The translations under genes were made by a program, and so were the position numbers. Under the pieces are notes generated by a model. It made no database searches and was not told the origin of the DNA. It saw nothing but the letters and a program-made list of their open reading frames with translations. From positions 1-50,299 of the forward strand of contig JAHJIX010000017.1 of NCBI GenBank assembly GCA_018823045.1: a stretch of DNA of 50,299 nt, read 5' to 3'. Source of the DNA: Patescibacteria group bacterium. Its GTDB lineage: Bacteria; Patescibacteriota; Patescibacteriia; Magasanikbacterales; UBA922. Positions 36,857 through 45,357 of the stretch are shown piece after piece; the first letter of the stretch is position 1; every line of letters begins with the position of its first letter.

Positions 36857-36940
36857 ATACGTCCCTAGTTTACAGGTTTTACCCTACTTTGTCGAGTCAA
36901 AAAAAGAGCCCTCTACAGGCTCTTTAATCTCAATACTTTT

Positions 36941-37528
36941 TTATAACGGCAGAGTCAAATTAAACCCTTGTGCTCCTGCAATACCACCTTGCCCTTGTGG
37001 CACTGGTGCTGGAGCAAAGTTCACAGCAATCGGCATGACTTCTCCCGTAATCGTAGGGTAATAAATCATACTATTTTTTACCCCATAATCATATACTTCT
37101 TTTGTCACTCGTACATCTTGCTCACAATAATCTTTTACTTTTTGAATCTCACCTTGTCTAAACCATTCCATCGCAATCAACCCATCTGCACTTTTTTTCA
37201 TTTGGAGTGTGGCTTGTGCGACATCATCTAATTTAAAGCGTTTTCCACATGATTCTTTAATCACTTTAAGCAAATCTAAATGTGGAATGATGGTTAGATC
37301 TCCCGTATAATAACGATTCAAAATTGGCACATCAAAATGCTCACTATTATACCCAATAATTCGTTCTGCTTTTTCAAGTATTGGCCAAAGTTCTTTTAAC
37401 TCATGTTCTTCAAATGATCGATATGAATCTGTTTCATATTCATAGATAGATACAACCGTTACCTTCATGGTCGACAAATTCTTAATATCACCAATAGTTT
37501 CAATATCAAAGACAATCTCACGAGACAT
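36941..37528 (-). CDS. RNase H-like / DEDD exonuclease domain protein (YprB-like)
   Basis: VFDIET, GYNSEHFD, YCEQDV; start moved to 37528. Confidence 0.8.
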   Translation of the reverse strand: MSREIVFDIETIGDIKNLSTMKVTVVSIYEYETDSYRSFEEHELKELWPILEKAERIIGYNSEHFDVPILNRYYTGDLTIIPHLDLLKVIKESCGKRFKLDDVAQATLQMKKSADGLIAMEWFRQGEIQKVKDYCEQDVRVTKEVYDYGVKNSMIYYPTITGEVMPIAVNFAPAPVPQGQGGIAGAQGFNLTLPL

Positions 37529-37596
37529 AAGCAAATTATATAAAAATAACTGATTAAAAGTATAACACAATGCAATCCAACTGAATAGATGATCAT

Positions 37597-37962
37597 TTAC
37601 CCAATATGCGGTACTCCACTATACTTTGCATGTATATACTGACCTACAGATGTTTGTTGAAGTTCTTTTTCAATATATTCTTTATGCCAATCGGCTTCTC
37701 GTACTCCAATAACTGGAATGTTTAAAACATATCCCCATGTATTTACCAAAGTCACCGCCAAACGAGTGGCGGTAAAGCTCCCCACACCCAATAGTACTGC
37801 CATACCTTCAATCTCTTTTGGTGTTTTCTCTTGTTCTGTTAAAAATTCATCAACAGCCACAAGCATATCTCTATTTTTATATGGATATGTTTTTGTTACA
37901 CCAACAGCATCTGTAATCGTTATGTTATCTCGTACAGAAGGGTCAATCATTAATATATACAT
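37597..37962 (-). CDS. tsaB: tRNA threonylcarbamoyladenosine biosynthesis protein TsaB (short form)
   Basis: GVGSFTATRLAVTLVN and LNIPVIGV. Confidence 0.8.
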   Translation of the reverse strand: MYILMIDPSVRDNITITDAVGVTKTYPYKNRDMLVAVDEFLTEQEKTPKEIEGMAVLLGVGSFTATRLAVTLVNTWGYVLNIPVIGVREADWHKEYIEKELQQTSVGQYIHAKYSGVPHIG

Positions 37963-37965
37963 AAA

Positions 37966-38556
37966 TTAAATATCTAACTCATTAATCACCAGTTTGTGTT
38001 TTGCTTCAAATAATGCAAATAAAAATCGATCCATCACATGACGACGATCAAAAAATTCTTCTTCTGTCATACAAGTAAACCGAATGCTACAACCAAACTC
38101 TTTTTCATGCTCTGTTATCAACCGATTAATCACTCGCTCTTTCACATCTCCGATAAATAATATATCTGAAGGAGCACGCATATCTCCTGAAAAGATACCT
38201 GTTAATAACAATACACGAATGCTTCCACCTTTTTTTGTTAATTCTTCAACAAAAGTTTCTTCACCGAGCATATGCTCTTTCAGCAACAACGCTTGTAAAT
38301 CTGAAAAAAATATTGATCCCATATTCAAACGATAATATTTTCTTCGATCTTCTGTTTCCTCATTTGACAAATGCTTATCTGCCACAACCTCCACAACACC
38401 TGACTGACATAATAAATCAAGCTCACGCCGCACAGCATTAATTTGTGTGTCTAATTCTCGTGTTAATTCACGAACAAAAAACTTACTGCTCGGTTCTCTA
38501 AAAAATACACGAAGTAAACGATATCTTGTTTTTGAACCAAATAAGTGTTCAAGCAT
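37966..38556 (-). CDS. winged-helix protein with degenerate nucleotidyltransferase-like domain
   Basis: LFGSKTR...FVRELTR...NAVRRELDLL HTH; LLTGIF...DILFIG. Confidence 0.7.
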   Translation of the reverse strand: MLEHLFGSKTRYRLLRVFFREPSSKFFVRELTRELDTQINAVRRELDLLCQSGVVEVVADKHLSNEETEDRRKYYRLNMGSIFFSDLQALLLKEHMLGEETFVEELTKKGGSIRVLLLTGIFSGDMRAPSDILFIGDVKERVINRLITEHEKEFGCSIRFTCMTEEEFFDRRHVMDRFLFALFEAKHKLVINELDI

Positions 38557-38643
38557 AGCAATGATAATTAGATAAAAAAAGAGTCTCTTCCACAGAGCGA
38601 ATAAATATAGTATAATAGTAATGATTCATGAAGTCAAAAAATT

Positions 38644-40761
38644 ATGAGAGAACCGTTTGCATTATATGAATTTTTTATAGAAGGACGACGACGTGCAGAG
38701 TCACATGTTCTTCTCCATATTACTGAACAAAATCCCCATGATGAGACTAAAGGGGCTCTTTTTGTTGTGTGTGAAATTAAACATGGCACCATTGCACAAA
38801 TTGAGCATTTGCAAAAGATGATTGATGATATTGAGTCAGGATACTACGAAACAGACCAAACAAGTAAAAAACACCCTTTTGAGCAAACTCTTGAGTTTAT
38901 TAACCACAGAACACATCACATATTACAAAAAGATGCTGGTGAAGTTGATTGTTTTGTCGGAATAATTGAAGACAATACTATTTATTTTTCTATTCATGGA
39001 GAACCACGAGCACTGTTAATGTACCAAGAACAAAAATCTTGGCAAACCGTTGATCTGCTCGAAGGAAGAACCAATGATACTGATGATACGATCTTTTGCA
39101 AAGTAACAAAAGGCACTCTTGCTGATGACGATTTGTTGTTTATTGCAACACCTGAAGTAACGGAAGTATTTCCACTTGAAGAATTACAACAACTCTTTAC
39201 GAGCCATACACCTAAAAAATCTATTGAAACTATTCAAAATCATTTCGAACAAATAAAAGATGATCTTTCCTTTGGTGGATTACTTATTCACCAGCCAAAA
39301 AAGAAAAAACATCTTCATGAAAAAAAAGAATCTTTAACTATCATTCCACAACATAATACCCCACCACCTAACAGACCACAAAAAACAGAACTTCCACGTC
39401 CAGAAACAAACTACAGACCTCGACCACAAACAAGTAAAAGTACCGAACCACTATGGAATCGGATACTCATTGGTATTGGGAAAAATTTGGTTATAATTGT
39501 TATGGGCATTGCCCTTACTATAAAAAAATTCCTCTGGTGGATTGGTCGCCAATTTTTAGTATTATTTCTCATTGCAACAAACCACGGTAACCAACGACAA
39601 ACTATTATTGAAGAATATCGTCAAGGAATGAGACAAAAAAAACAATATATTGAAGAACTTTCTCTTCTCAGTAAATTGTTATTTTTAGGAACCATTGTAC
39701 TTATTTGTGTATTGAGTGGAAGTGTGATCTTTATGAATAAGAAAAAAGAACAAGAGACAGTCGTGGCATATCAAACAGAAGTCACTTCTATTATTCAAGA
39801 AAAACAACAAGAAGCTGAGGCAAGTTTACTCTATGGTAATGAATCAAAAGCACTCAGATTACTTGAAGAAATTCAATCACTTTTAGCGTCACTCCCTGTA
39901 GATAGCGAAACAATTCGTATTACAAAAGAAGTTACCGATCAAACAGAAAATATTACAAAAAAATTACAAAAAATAGAAGAAACACCGGTAACACTTGTTG
40001 AAAATATTTCTCAATATGCAAAAACCAGTCATATGGCCTACATCAATGGCCTGCTCTTTTTGTATGATAACAATGAAAAAGAACATGTCCTTTTTCATCC
40101 AGGAACACATATCGTTGAAACAAAAAAATACGATACCATTTCTTCAATGATTGATAGTTATGTACCAAAAGAAGATGACGAAATTTTCTTTTTAACTAAT
40201 GAAGATACGATTGCCTCATGGGACGAAGAAACAAAAAGCATGGAACAAAAAGATATTACCTACCCACAAGAAAAAGGATCTATTAGAGCCATGGCAACAT
40301 ATAACCGAAACTTATACACCCTTGATCCTATTCAAAATCAAATATATAAACATACACCAACTGTTACAGGATTTACCAAGGGAACTCCGTGGCTCCAATC
40401 CAATGAAGCCGATTTAACAAGTGCTGTTGATATTGCTATTGATGGACAAGTGTATGTCCTTAAGCAATCTGGAGAGTTACTTGTCTTTGAACGCGGGAAA
40501 CAAAGTAGCTTTAATTCCGCAAGCATCCAACCACCACTGGAAGAGCCACAAGAAATTTGGGCTCGCTATGAATATGACAATATCTATATTTTAGAACCAA
40601 GAAACAAACGTATTATTGAAATGACTAAACAAGGATCACTCATACGACAATATACCTCTAGCCAATGGAATAATCCTAGTTCTATGGCTGTTGACCCAGA
40701 AAAAGGTCTTATTTATGTCCTTGATGAAGGAAATCTCTATAGTATTGAAATTAAGGATTAA
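38644..40761 (+). CDS. membrane-spanning protein: PP2C-like N-terminal domain and extracellular beta-propeller-like domain
   Basis: LADDDLLFIAT..V segment resembles PP2C; central TM; NLYTLD, QVYVLK, NIYILE, LIYVLD repeats. Confidence 0.6.
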   Translation: MREPFALYEFFIEGRRRAESHVLLHITEQNPHDETKGALFVVCEIKHGTIAQIEHLQKMIDDIESGYYETDQTSKKHPFEQTLEFINHRTHHILQKDAGEVDCFVGIIEDNTIYFSIHGEPRALLMYQEQKSWQTVDLLEGRTNDTDDTIFCKVTKGTLADDDLLFIATPEVTEVFPLEELQQLFTSHTPKKSIETIQNHFEQIKDDLSFGGLLIHQPKKKKHLHEKKESLTIIPQHNTPPPNRPQKTELPRPETNYRPRPQTSKSTEPLWNRILIGIGKNLVIIVMGIALTIKKFLWWIGRQFLVLFLIATNHGNQRQTIIEEYRQGMRQKKQYIEELSLLSKLLFLGTIVLICVLSGSVIFMNKKKEQETVVAYQTEVTSIIQEKQQEAEASLLYGNESKALRLLEEIQSLLASLPVDSETIRITKEVTDQTENITKKLQKIEETPVTLVENISQYAKTSHMAYINGLLFLYDNNEKEHVLFHPGTHIVETKKYDTISSMIDSYVPKEDDEIFFLTNEDTIASWDEETKSMEQKDITYPQEKGSIRAMATYNRNLYTLDPIQNQIYKHTPTVTGFTKGTPWLQSNEADLTSAVDIAIDGQVYVLKQSGELLVFERGKQSSFNSASIQPPLEEPQEIWARYEYDNIYILEPRNKRIIEMTKQGSLIRQYTSSQWNNPSSMAVDPEKGLIYVLDEGNLYSIEIKD

Positions 40762-40795
40762 GACCCTATTTCATTGTTTTCCACATGATATGTTC

Positions 40796-40824
40796 TTGAC
40801 TTTCTTATTGATATTAGATATAAT
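40796..40824 (+). promoter_or_regulatory. tRNA promoter
   Basis: TTGACT-N17-TATAAT ending 14 nt upstream of the tRNA. Confidence 0.7.
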
Positions 40825-40838
40825 ATTATCGTTCTTAT

Positions 40839-40910
40839 GTCGCCATCGTCTAATGGTTAGGACACCAGGTTTTCATCCTGGTAATCGGGGTTCGATTCCC
40901 CGTGGCGATA
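40839..40910 (+). tRNA. trnE: tRNA-Glu (TTC), CCA not encoded
   Basis: GTCGCCA/TGGCGAT acceptor stem, CCAGG-TTTTCAT-CCTGG anticodon arm, GGGGTTCGATTCCCC T arm. Confidence 0.95.
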
Positions 40911-40955
40911 CGCGAAAAATGGTCATTCGATCATTTTTTTGTTATCATACCAATA

Positions 40956-41007
40956 TCATCCTGAGTGGATACCGACATGCAATGTACGGGAGGAATCGAA
41001 GGATCCC
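40956..41007 (+). repeat. TCATCCTGAG...CGAAGGATC palindromic repeat
   Basis: TCATCCTGAGT at 40956-40966 and CGAAGGATCCC at 40997-41007; partial copy at 43925-43945. Confidence 0.5.
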
Positions 41008-41036
41008 AATGACAAATTTTTTTTGAATCTTATACT

Positions 41037-42080
41037 ATGATTATTTTAGGAATTGAATCTTCTTGCGATGATACGAGCATTGCCCTGCTTGAAGTCAAAG
41101 ACAGTCAATTACACATGCTTGCTGAAAAAACAGCAAGCCAAATTGATATACATAAAATACATGGTGGAGTTATCCCAGAAATTGCAGGAAGAGCACACGC
41201 AGAGCATATATTACCCGTTATTGAAGAAGTACTCAAAGATCAGCCAACACCAGATGCTATTGCCGTCACAGCAGGTCCAGGATTAGTCACAGCGCTCCTT
41301 GTTGGGGTTGAAGCCGCAAAATCACTCAGCTACCTATTAAACATTCCCCTTATCCGTATTAATCATATGGAAGGGCATATCTATTCTCCCCTCCTTCCAG
41401 AACAAGGAACAGATGGTGAATTAAAAGACATTGCATTTCCTGCACTGTGTTTAACCGTCAGTGGTGGGCATAGTGCGATTACCCTTATGCACAAACATGG
41501 CGAATACGAACGCATTGGTGCCACTCGCGATGATGCTGCTGGAGAGACTTTTGATAAAATTGCAAAGATGGTAGGTTTTGAATACCCTGGTGGACCAAAA
41601 ATTTCAAAAGCAGCAAAAACAGGCAATCCAAAAGCAATTGATTTTCCTCGACCAATGATACTTAAAGATACCTGTGACTTTAGCTTTGCCGGACTCAAAA
41701 CGGCAGCCCTCTATTGGTTACGAGATAATACCTTTGAAGAAACAACTATTACAAGAGAAGATTTTTGTGCTTCTATTGAAGCAGCAATCGTTGACTCTCT
41801 CCTGATTAAAACAATGCGAGCTGCAAAAAAACACCAACCAAAAACTATTATTTTAGCTGGTGGCGTTTCGGCAAACCCAACACTTCGTACACAATTAGAA
41901 GAACGCATTGCAAAAATCCTTCCTCATACAACATTTCTTAAGCCACAAAAAGGCTATTCTATGGATAATGCGGCTATGATTGCGCTTGCTGGATATTATC
42001 ATGCAAAAGAAAAAGACTTTACTACTCCAAAAGAATTATTTGCTGATCCACAATGGTACTTGACAGACAATTCAAACTAA
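41037..42080 (+). CDS. tsaD: tRNA N6-adenosine threonylcarbamoyltransferase TsaD
   Basis: GIESSCDDT, HGGVIPEIA, NHMEGH, VSGGHS, DDAAGETFDK, DNAAMIA. Confidence 0.97.
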   Translation: MIILGIESSCDDTSIALLEVKDSQLHMLAEKTASQIDIHKIHGGVIPEIAGRAHAEHILPVIEEVLKDQPTPDAIAVTAGPGLVTALLVGVEAAKSLSYLLNIPLIRINHMEGHIYSPLLPEQGTDGELKDIAFPALCLTVSGGHSAITLMHKHGEYERIGATRDDAAGETFDKIAKMVGFEYPGGPKISKAAKTGNPKAIDFPRPMILKDTCDFSFAGLKTAALYWLRDNTFEETTITREDFCASIEAAIVDSLLIKTMRAAKKHQPKTIILAGGVSANPTLRTQLEERIAKILPHTTFLKPQKGYSMDNAAMIALAGYYHAKEKDFTTPKELFADPQWYLTDNSN

Positions 42081-42178
42081 CGTATAATCGATAAAATTGT
42101 TCGTTTACAATAACAAGGAGACCTATAAAGGGTCTTCTTTTTTAGAGCCAAAAACTGGCTCGAGGAGTTCATCCATCC

Positions 42179-42841
42179 ATGCCTAAACACAAAAACATCC
42201 AACCAAAAATAATTTTGGTTGCTGGAGCAAGTGGGTCTGGTAAATCTACAGTTATAGAAGAAATCAAACACGTATTAGGTGACCTTTGTGTTGTTATTCC
42301 ACTTGATATGTTCTACTTAGATTTTGGAGCAAAAACCCCCGAAGAGCAAAGCCAGATAAACTTTGACCATCCTAAAGCAATTGATTGGCGTTTAGTTTTT
42401 CATGTATTACTTTCTCTCAAAGCAGGTAATCCAACACTCATCCCTATCTATGACTTTGAAACTCATAGTAGAAAAACTACTGGAACCCTCGTTGAGGCTG
42501 CCCCAATCATTCTATTAGAAGGCCTTATGGCCCTATTTGATAAAGAAGTCCGTTCACTAGCTCATAGAGCTATCTTCGTTGATGCAGAACTTGATATTTG
42601 CTTACAACGACGAATTGCTCGTGATACAAAACCTGTTAACGAAGGTGGTCGTGGCAGAAGTCAAGATTCTGTCTTAAAACAATGGTTACAGGTACGTGAA
42701 ATGTACCGTCGCTTCTTTGAACCAACAAAACAGTATGCTAATATTGTCCTTCCTGAAGGAGGACATAACAAAGAAGGCATTCATATACTCCTTTGCTGGC
42801 TCAGATATGAACTAGGCTTCAACGGCCAAACAGAGGAATAA
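42179..42841 (+). CDS. udk: uridine kinase
   Basis: GASGSGKST, NFDHP, PIYDFETHSR, ILLEG, RRIARD, EPTKQYA. Confidence 0.92.
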   Translation: MPKHKNIQPKIILVAGASGSGKSTVIEEIKHVLGDLCVVIPLDMFYLDFGAKTPEEQSQINFDHPKAIDWRLVFHVLLSLKAGNPTLIPIYDFETHSRKTTGTLVEAAPIILLEGLMALFDKEVRSLAHRAIFVDAELDICLQRRIARDTKPVNEGGRGRSQDSVLKQWLQVREMYRRFFEPTKQYANIVLPEGGHNKEGIHILLCWLRYELGFNGQTEE

Positions 42842-42878
42842 TACAAAACAAAACACATCCCGCCCGTAACACTCACCG

Positions 42879-42922
42879 CGGCACTGACTTGTAAAGCACA
42901 CTCGCTTTGCATATCGGTGTCG
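42879..42922 (+). repeat. 19-bp imperfect hairpin between convergent udk and ATP-grasp genes
   Basis: CGGCACTGACTTGTAAAGC-ACACTC-GCTTTGCATATCGGTGTCG with three G-T pairs and two mismatches. Confidence 0.55.
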
Positions 42923-42938
42923 CCTTTTAAATTACAGA

Positions 42939-43838
42939 CTATTTTACAAGCATATCAGCAATCCGCTCGATAAATGTTTGAAACACTTCTCCACGTGCTG
43001 GTGAAAATAATCCGACACGAGAGTTAAGCTCCATAATAAATGGTTTGCCTGCTAAAAAGACAATATCTACCCCAACATAATATGTTGTATCAAATACTTT
43101 TTTAATTTCTTCAATAATTGGATACACCGACATTGGTATTTTATCTGTTTCAATGACTCGTAACTCTCCACCCTGTGCTACATTTGCACGATACTCACCT
43201 TCTTGTGGCACACGATAAAATGAATAAATAATTTCTCCATTAATAAGCACAATTCGTAAATCATGCATACCGTCATATACTCCAGGAATACCTTCACTTG
43301 TATCAATAAACTCTTGCACAATAACCGGAAATTCATACGACTGTGCAAGCACATGCTCAGTACTTCCAATATGCACGTCATGTCCACCTTCACCCCAAAT
43401 AGCTTTTACTACTTTTATATCACCATCAAACTCAGATACGGCAGCCACTAATTCTTCTTGATTTTCTACTTTTATTGTTTTTGGGCAATATTGTTTAAAT
43501 AGTTCATAGGTTTTCCATTTATCGACGCAAACACTATTTACAAAATCATTATTTAAAATAGTCATACTTCCATCAGAAGGAAACAACCGTGCTCCTTTAT
43601 CAAATAATGTATCAATTACTACTTCTCCTGTCTCAACGACTTCACCATCTTTAAATTGCCAACTATTTGAAAAAACTCCATTTCCTTTATAACTATCATG
43701 CTGACGAACAATAAAAAATTTAGCACCACGTGCTTCTACCTGTTTTGCGAGTTCTTGATATGACTCTAAATACTCCTCTTTATTCAATGGATAATCAAGT
43801 TTTCCTGCCAAATCAAAAAATACAGCAATTTTTTTCAT
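42939..43838 (-). CDS. ATP-grasp domain protein (RimK-like)
   Basis: DKWKTY, VVKAIWGEGG, IVQEFID, DLRIV, YRANVAQGG, FIMELNS. Confidence 0.85.
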   Translation of the reverse strand: MKKIAVFFDLAGKLDYPLNKEEYLESYQELAKQVEARGAKFFIVRQHDSYKGNGVFSNSWQFKDGEVVETGEVVIDTLFDKGARLFPSDGSMTILNNDFVNSVCVDKWKTYELFKQYCPKTIKVENQEELVAAVSEFDGDIKVVKAIWGEGGHDVHIGSTEHVLAQSYEFPVIVQEFIDTSEGIPGVYDGMHDLRIVLINGEIIYSFYRVPQEGEYRANVAQGGELRVIETDKIPMSVYPIIEEIKKVFDTTYYVGVDIVFLAGKPFIMELNSRVGLFSPARGEVFQTFIERIADMLVK

Positions 43839-43963
43839 AATACAAAAATTAGCTATGTATATAACATATAGCCCTATCCTAACACATTAATCAAAACATG
43901 AGAAGCCCCTACACTCCAATATACTGTCATCCTGAGTGACTGAAGTAAATAACAATTAAAGTC

Positions 43964-44078
43964 CCTCCCCTATAAGGGGAGGTTAGGTGGGGTCTTTCGG
44001 AGGAATTGAAGAAGGTTTATTATTAAAAAATCTTAATCGCAAATATGGACCCCCTCTAACTCCCCCTCGTAGGGGGAG
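43964..44078 (-). mobile_element. empty REPIN/MITE-like element, copy C
   Basis: Reverse complement has both 31-bp ends identical to copies A and B; 53-bp spacer. Confidence 0.88.
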
Positions 44079-44091
44079 AAATTCTCTTTAT

Positions 44092-45243
44092 CTAGGAAAA
44101 CATCTTTTTTGAAGAAAAATGTGGCACTACATTTGGGCATTTTAATACTGTTTGATCTTCTAGCAAACGAATATGTTTTTTTTCTTTTAAACGCTCTACC
44201 CCTTTACCATAAATCACCTCATCTTCTTTGTCTTTTCTCCCAACAACCACCCAACGAATTTGTGGTAACTCTTCTATTAATTCACAACAGGGTGTGTACC
44301 CCTTAGTTTTACGATACGTACATGGTTCAAGTGTTGAATAAAGTGTAAAATCACGACTCTCCCAATCAGGGCAATTACTTTTAAGCATATTAATCGCATC
44401 GTGCTCTGCATGAATGTCTCCCCGTCTATAGCCATGAGCCACAATTTCAAATGTATCTGCTGCGACAATTAATGCCCCAACCGCATAGCCATTTTTAGAA
44501 ATATTAGATAACTGCGCATATGTTTCTGCTAACTCAAAAAATTGTTGATCAATTTGTTCCCAAAATACTTCTTTTAAATGACGAGAAAATCCTGCTTCGA
44601 CAATTCCATTATCATTTACATGCGTATCAAAAATATATTTATATCCATATTGCGCAATATCTTCTAATTTTTCTGTATAGTTTGGTTTATGATTAACACA
44701 AAAAACTCCCGTAATCTTAGTATTTGGGAGTGTCTTAATGGCATCAATTAATCCACGTATGGTTTGACCTGTTGAGACCATACAATCAACAATGGCAACC
44801 TTTTTTCCTTCAATTTCTTTTGGTAAGTACATTGTCCGTTTGTAATATCCTGTTTTTTGTTCAAATTCAACAGATGGAACATGATAATGAAAACTTTTAC
44901 TAATAATTACTGGCAATGATCGCTCTGCCCCAATGTATGACGCCACAGGAATACCATCAGCTTCAATTGTGACAATAACTTCAGTATCGTCTGATACCAT
45001 TTTTGCTAAATAGTCACTCACTTTTTTATACAAAGCGAAATTGGTCAATGTGCTTCCTTTAAATGGATAGAGAAAATACTGATATTTTTCAACACTCCCA
45101 CCATTTTTTTCTACTGTGTACACTGGTGCATCAATGAACAGTTGCATTGCTTCATCTAAATCATATTTTTCTTTTAAAATCTGCTCTTCAATTTTTTGCA
45201 CATACTCCTGAATAGGTTGACCGAAATTCTTTTGTGACATCAT
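44092..45243 (-). CDS. purine phosphoribosyltransferase fused to a Zn-dependent cytidine-deaminase-like domain
   Basis: TIEADGIP, TGYY, KKVAIVDCMVSTGQT (PRPP loop); HAE and TLEPC-x8-PC Zn motif. Confidence 0.8.
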   Translation of the reverse strand: MMSQKNFGQPIQEYVQKIEEQILKEKYDLDEAMQLFIDAPVYTVEKNGGSVEKYQYFLYPFKGSTLTNFALYKKVSDYLAKMVSDDTEVIVTIEADGIPVASYIGAERSLPVIISKSFHYHVPSVEFEQKTGYYKRTMYLPKEIEGKKVAIVDCMVSTGQTIRGLIDAIKTLPNTKITGVFCVNHKPNYTEKLEDIAQYGYKYIFDTHVNDNGIVEAGFSRHLKEVFWEQIDQQFFELAETYAQLSNISKNGYAVGALIVAADTFEIVAHGYRRGDIHAEHDAINMLKSNCPDWESRDFTLYSTLEPCTYRKTKGYTPCCELIEELPQIRWVVVGRKDKEDEVIYGKGVERLKEKKHIRLLEDQTVLKCPNVVPHFSSKKMFS

Positions 45244-45357
45244 AGAAATATTCTAGATTATATAAAAAAATAGTCCTTACAAAGTATAACACAATGAAAT
45301 GAAATAATAAAAAAAGCCCCCTTTTGTCAAGGAGACTTCTCTTTTTTTTATACTCAA

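Noticed and set aside
40839-40910. tRNA-Glu as an integration site; unusual G1-U72 pair
   Set aside because: No duplicate of the tRNA 3' end and no integrase were found; one wobble pair is weak evidence and may be ordinary variation.
43964-44078. Empty elements encoding a peptide (copy C is open, ending ...PPKDPT*)
   Set aside because: Copy B has an in-frame TAA before the right end, copy A has a different spacer length, and there is no start codon; not conserved.
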